64,000 nt of DNA. Origin: Candidatus Poribacteria bacterium (GTDB lineage: Bacteria; Poribacteria; WGA-4E; WGA-3G). Shown piece by piece: positions 61,715 through 64,000 of the stretch (position 1 is its first letter; each line of letters opens with the position of its first letter). The position numbers were made by a program, and so were the translations under genes. The notes beneath the pieces are model-generated. The model was not told the origin of the DNA and did not search any database. It saw only the letters and a program-made list of their open reading frames with translations. The DNA is taken from positions 299,968-363,967 of the forward strand of contig OZ219752.1 of NCBI GenBank assembly GCA_964291315.2, given 5' to 3'.

Positions 61715-63142
61715 ATGAAGCAATTGAGATCATGCCTTATTATTCATGTAGCGATCTATCTATTTTGCTTTGCCGTGTGGAGCACTATGGCAGCGGCAGA
61801 CAGTCATGGCGACGATTCGGCAGTCAGTTATCACTCCCAAATTGTTCCGATTCTCAAGCGGAGTTGTCAAGGCTGTCATCACCCCGGTGATCCGAACGGT
61901 GACCTAATTGTGACGACTTATGTTGAGCTTAAGCGCGGTGGAATGGCAGGAGAGGCGATCCTCCCGGGCAAACCGGATGTGAGTCTCCTCATTAAGCTTA
62001 TTTCTGGTGATGAACCGGCAATGCCGCAGAACCAAGAACCGCTTTCGGCTGAAGAGGTAGAGCTGTTCCGTCGATGGATACTTGAAGGTGCGCAAGACGA
62101 CACGCCTACCGAGGTTGATGATATAGCTGGCAGAGACTATCCTACCTACACAGTACCTCCCGTGGTTTCCGCTATCGCATATTCACCGGATGGCAGTACC
62201 CTTGCAGTTTCAGGGTTCCGTGAAGTTTTATTATATGATACAACGGACTTTCAACTCAAGGCGCGTTTAGTAGGTAAAGCACATCGTATAGAATCCCTAA
62301 CTTACACAACAGATGGAAAAATATTAGGCGTAGCAGGGGGTTCCCCTGCACAGTTTGGCGAAGTACAATTATGGGACACGGTAACGAATACGCTCATCAA
62401 AGCGATGCGCTCGAGTTATGATACTGTCTACGGGCTTGCCTTCTCACCAGATGCCGGTCGCGTCGTCTTTGGATGTTCAGATAAAACCGTACGTGTCCTG
62501 TCTGTCGCGGATGGAAAAGAGCTGATTAAATTCGACAACCACAGCGATTGGGTTTTCGGTACAGTTTTCTCGATCGATGGTTCGCATTTTGTAAGTTGTG
62601 GGCGCGATACAGCTCTTAAATTAGTTGAGGTAGACACAGGTTCTTTTGTGGATGACATTAACTCCAGTAACAAAGGCTACGGTGAGATCAATACTATTGC
62701 ACGGCACCCATTCAAGGACCAGGTTTTAAGCGCAGGCGAGGACCGGATACCACGACTCTACAAAATTTTCCGCGAAATCCGAAGAGATGTTAGCAATACT
62801 GACTTTAACCTCATTCAAGCTTATGAAGCCCAATCAGGTTCAATTGAAGGGGTCGCTTTTTCAGCAGATGGTAGTAAGTTTGCGACGGGTTGCTCTGGCG
62901 GTGAAGCGCGTGTCTACAACGTAGCTGATGGAAACCGAATAGCGAGCATGCAAGGCGATGCAGTTGGGGTCTTTGCAGTATCATTCCATCCTGATGGGAC
63001 TCAACTGGCTACAGGTGGTTTTGACGGCAAGATTCGCGTGTTTGACGCGACCTCTGGAAAGCTACTCAATGCCTTTATATCTGTACCGCTTGAGCCAGCC
63101 GGTAGCGAGGAGGTCGCTTTAGTTGTGACGGGTATGACGTGA
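61715..63142 (+). CDS. Planctomycete-type cytochrome c domain plus WD40 repeats
   Basis: Signal peptide, IVPIL...CQGCH...MP...WI.EGA, then WD40 blades. Confidence 0.88.
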   Translation: MKQLRSCLIIHVAIYLFCFAVWSTMAAADSHGDDSAVSYHSQIVPILKRSCQGCHHPGDPNGDLIVTTYVELKRGGMAGEAILPGKPDVSLLIKLISGDEPAMPQNQEPLSAEEVELFRRWILEGAQDDTPTEVDDIAGRDYPTYTVPPVVSAIAYSPDGSTLAVSGFREVLLYDTTDFQLKARLVGKAHRIESLTYTTDGKILGVAGGSPAQFGEVQLWDTVTNTLIKAMRSSYDTVYGLAFSPDAGRVVFGCSDKTVRVLSVADGKELIKFDNHSDWVFGTVFSIDGSHFVSCGRDTALKLVEVDTGSFVDDINSSNKGYGEINTIARHPFKDQVLSAGEDRIPRLYKIFREIRRDVSNTDFNLIQAYEAQSGSIEGVAFSADGSKFATGCSGGEARVYNVADGNRIASMQGDAVGVFAVSFHPDGTQLATGGFDGKIRVFDATSGKLLNAFISVPLEPAGSEEVALVVTGMT

Positions 63143-63357
63143 CAGGCCTGTGTCGCAAAAGTGCGGGTTGCACTTATACATCACGAAAGCGTTATCGGTG
63201 TTGAAGTTTCTCTCCCAAATCAAGCGACCATTAAAGTCCGTAAAAACACCGTTACCGCCGGTGACCTTGTGAATATTGTTAAAGAGACCGGCTTTAGCGC
63301 TACGACGAAATAAGATGCACACAAATTTGCCTTAAACTAAAGTTTGACTTTAATTTT

Positions 63358-63401
63358 AATAATATTGTGCTACTATAATTTAAATAATATTGTGCTACTA
63401 T
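63358..63401. repeat. 19-bp direct repeat AATAATATTGTGCTACTAT x2 (25-bp period)
   Basis: Seen directly in the AT-rich region upstream of the last gene. Confidence 0.7.
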
Positions 63402-63468
63402 GCAGTAAACTGCATTACAGTACAACACCACATAGCAATTTATAGGTAGGTATGAGAGGAGATTATGT

Positions 63469-64000
63469 ATGGCTAAAACTGCTATAGATATAGAGAAAAA
63501 AATAAACAATGTGCCTCTCAAGCAAGAGGTTGCAGATCTTATTATTTCGACACAATGTTTTGGCAATATGGAAAAGTAGGATATCGTTGAAAAAGTCCGT
63601 GAGGTACACAAAGATCTTGGAGGGAAAGAGACAGAAGCTCAGGCTGCCGGATCTGCTATCACAGCAGCACTTAAAAGACTAGTAGAACGAGGCAAGGCAA
63701 GTAAGCCATTTAAGGGTATTTACCATTTTCCGGTTGAGGAAGAAAATGGTAAGGGTTCAGTTTATCTTTATTATTATCCTGCGTACAAGAAGCTTGCTGA
63801 AGAGAAAGATGAAGAATTTTGGGAATGCAAGATAGGAAAGACGGTAGAGGATACTCACGGAAGAGTAAAATCCCAGGTTACTGGGAATCCGGAAAAAGCA
63901 GTTATTGCCTTGGAAATCAAAACTGATCGTCCGGAAGAGTTGGAGGCTGCTTTACATGCAATACTCAAATTACGCTGGAGAACAAAGGTTGGGGGCTCGG
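63469..64000 (+). pseudogene. GIY-YIG (T5orf172-like) nuclease with an in-frame TAG at 63577-63579; runs off the window
   Basis: GAGGAG RBS, then MAKTAID...MEK*DIVEKV...GSVYLYY...CKIGKT...GRV...ELEAALH in one frame. Confidence 0.75.

Overview
64 kb of bacterial chromosome, about 48-50% GC by eye. It is probably from a diderm such as Candidatus Poribacteria; this is an inference from the C-terminal VDARGKLAATWAQMK motif, YCF48/HEAT/WD40 repeat proteins, sulfatase and lptFG. Most of the window is housekeeping or metabolic: Ski2/HelY-like helicase, trpF, two amt, purD, polyprenyl synthase, lacD, lptFG, lysA, sulfatase, ABC ATPase and YceI. The outstanding feature is an island at about 2.27-11.68 kb. 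It has seven mosaic paralogs, each exactly 234 aa (membrane anchor, His motif, hypervariable coiled coil), arranged around one 1292-aa secreted protein with a hydrophobic-hairpin N-terminus and 14 Cys/His repeats. Five of the paralogs are followed by an RBS and a 15-codon stub that looks like the truncated signal peptide of a lost large partner gene, suggesting a previously undescribed polymorphic effector/immunity or receptor cassette system. Other notable items are a type IIG-like methyltransferase broken at a G9 tract (candidate phase variation), a sigma-54 promoter ahead of a beta-barrel/amt/amt cluster lacking glnK, a RelA-zinc-finger/wHTH fusion, a plant-like LysA, a REP-carrying MITE family and a GIY-YIG gene with an in-frame TAG. 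No tRNA, rRNA or CRISPR array was recognised.
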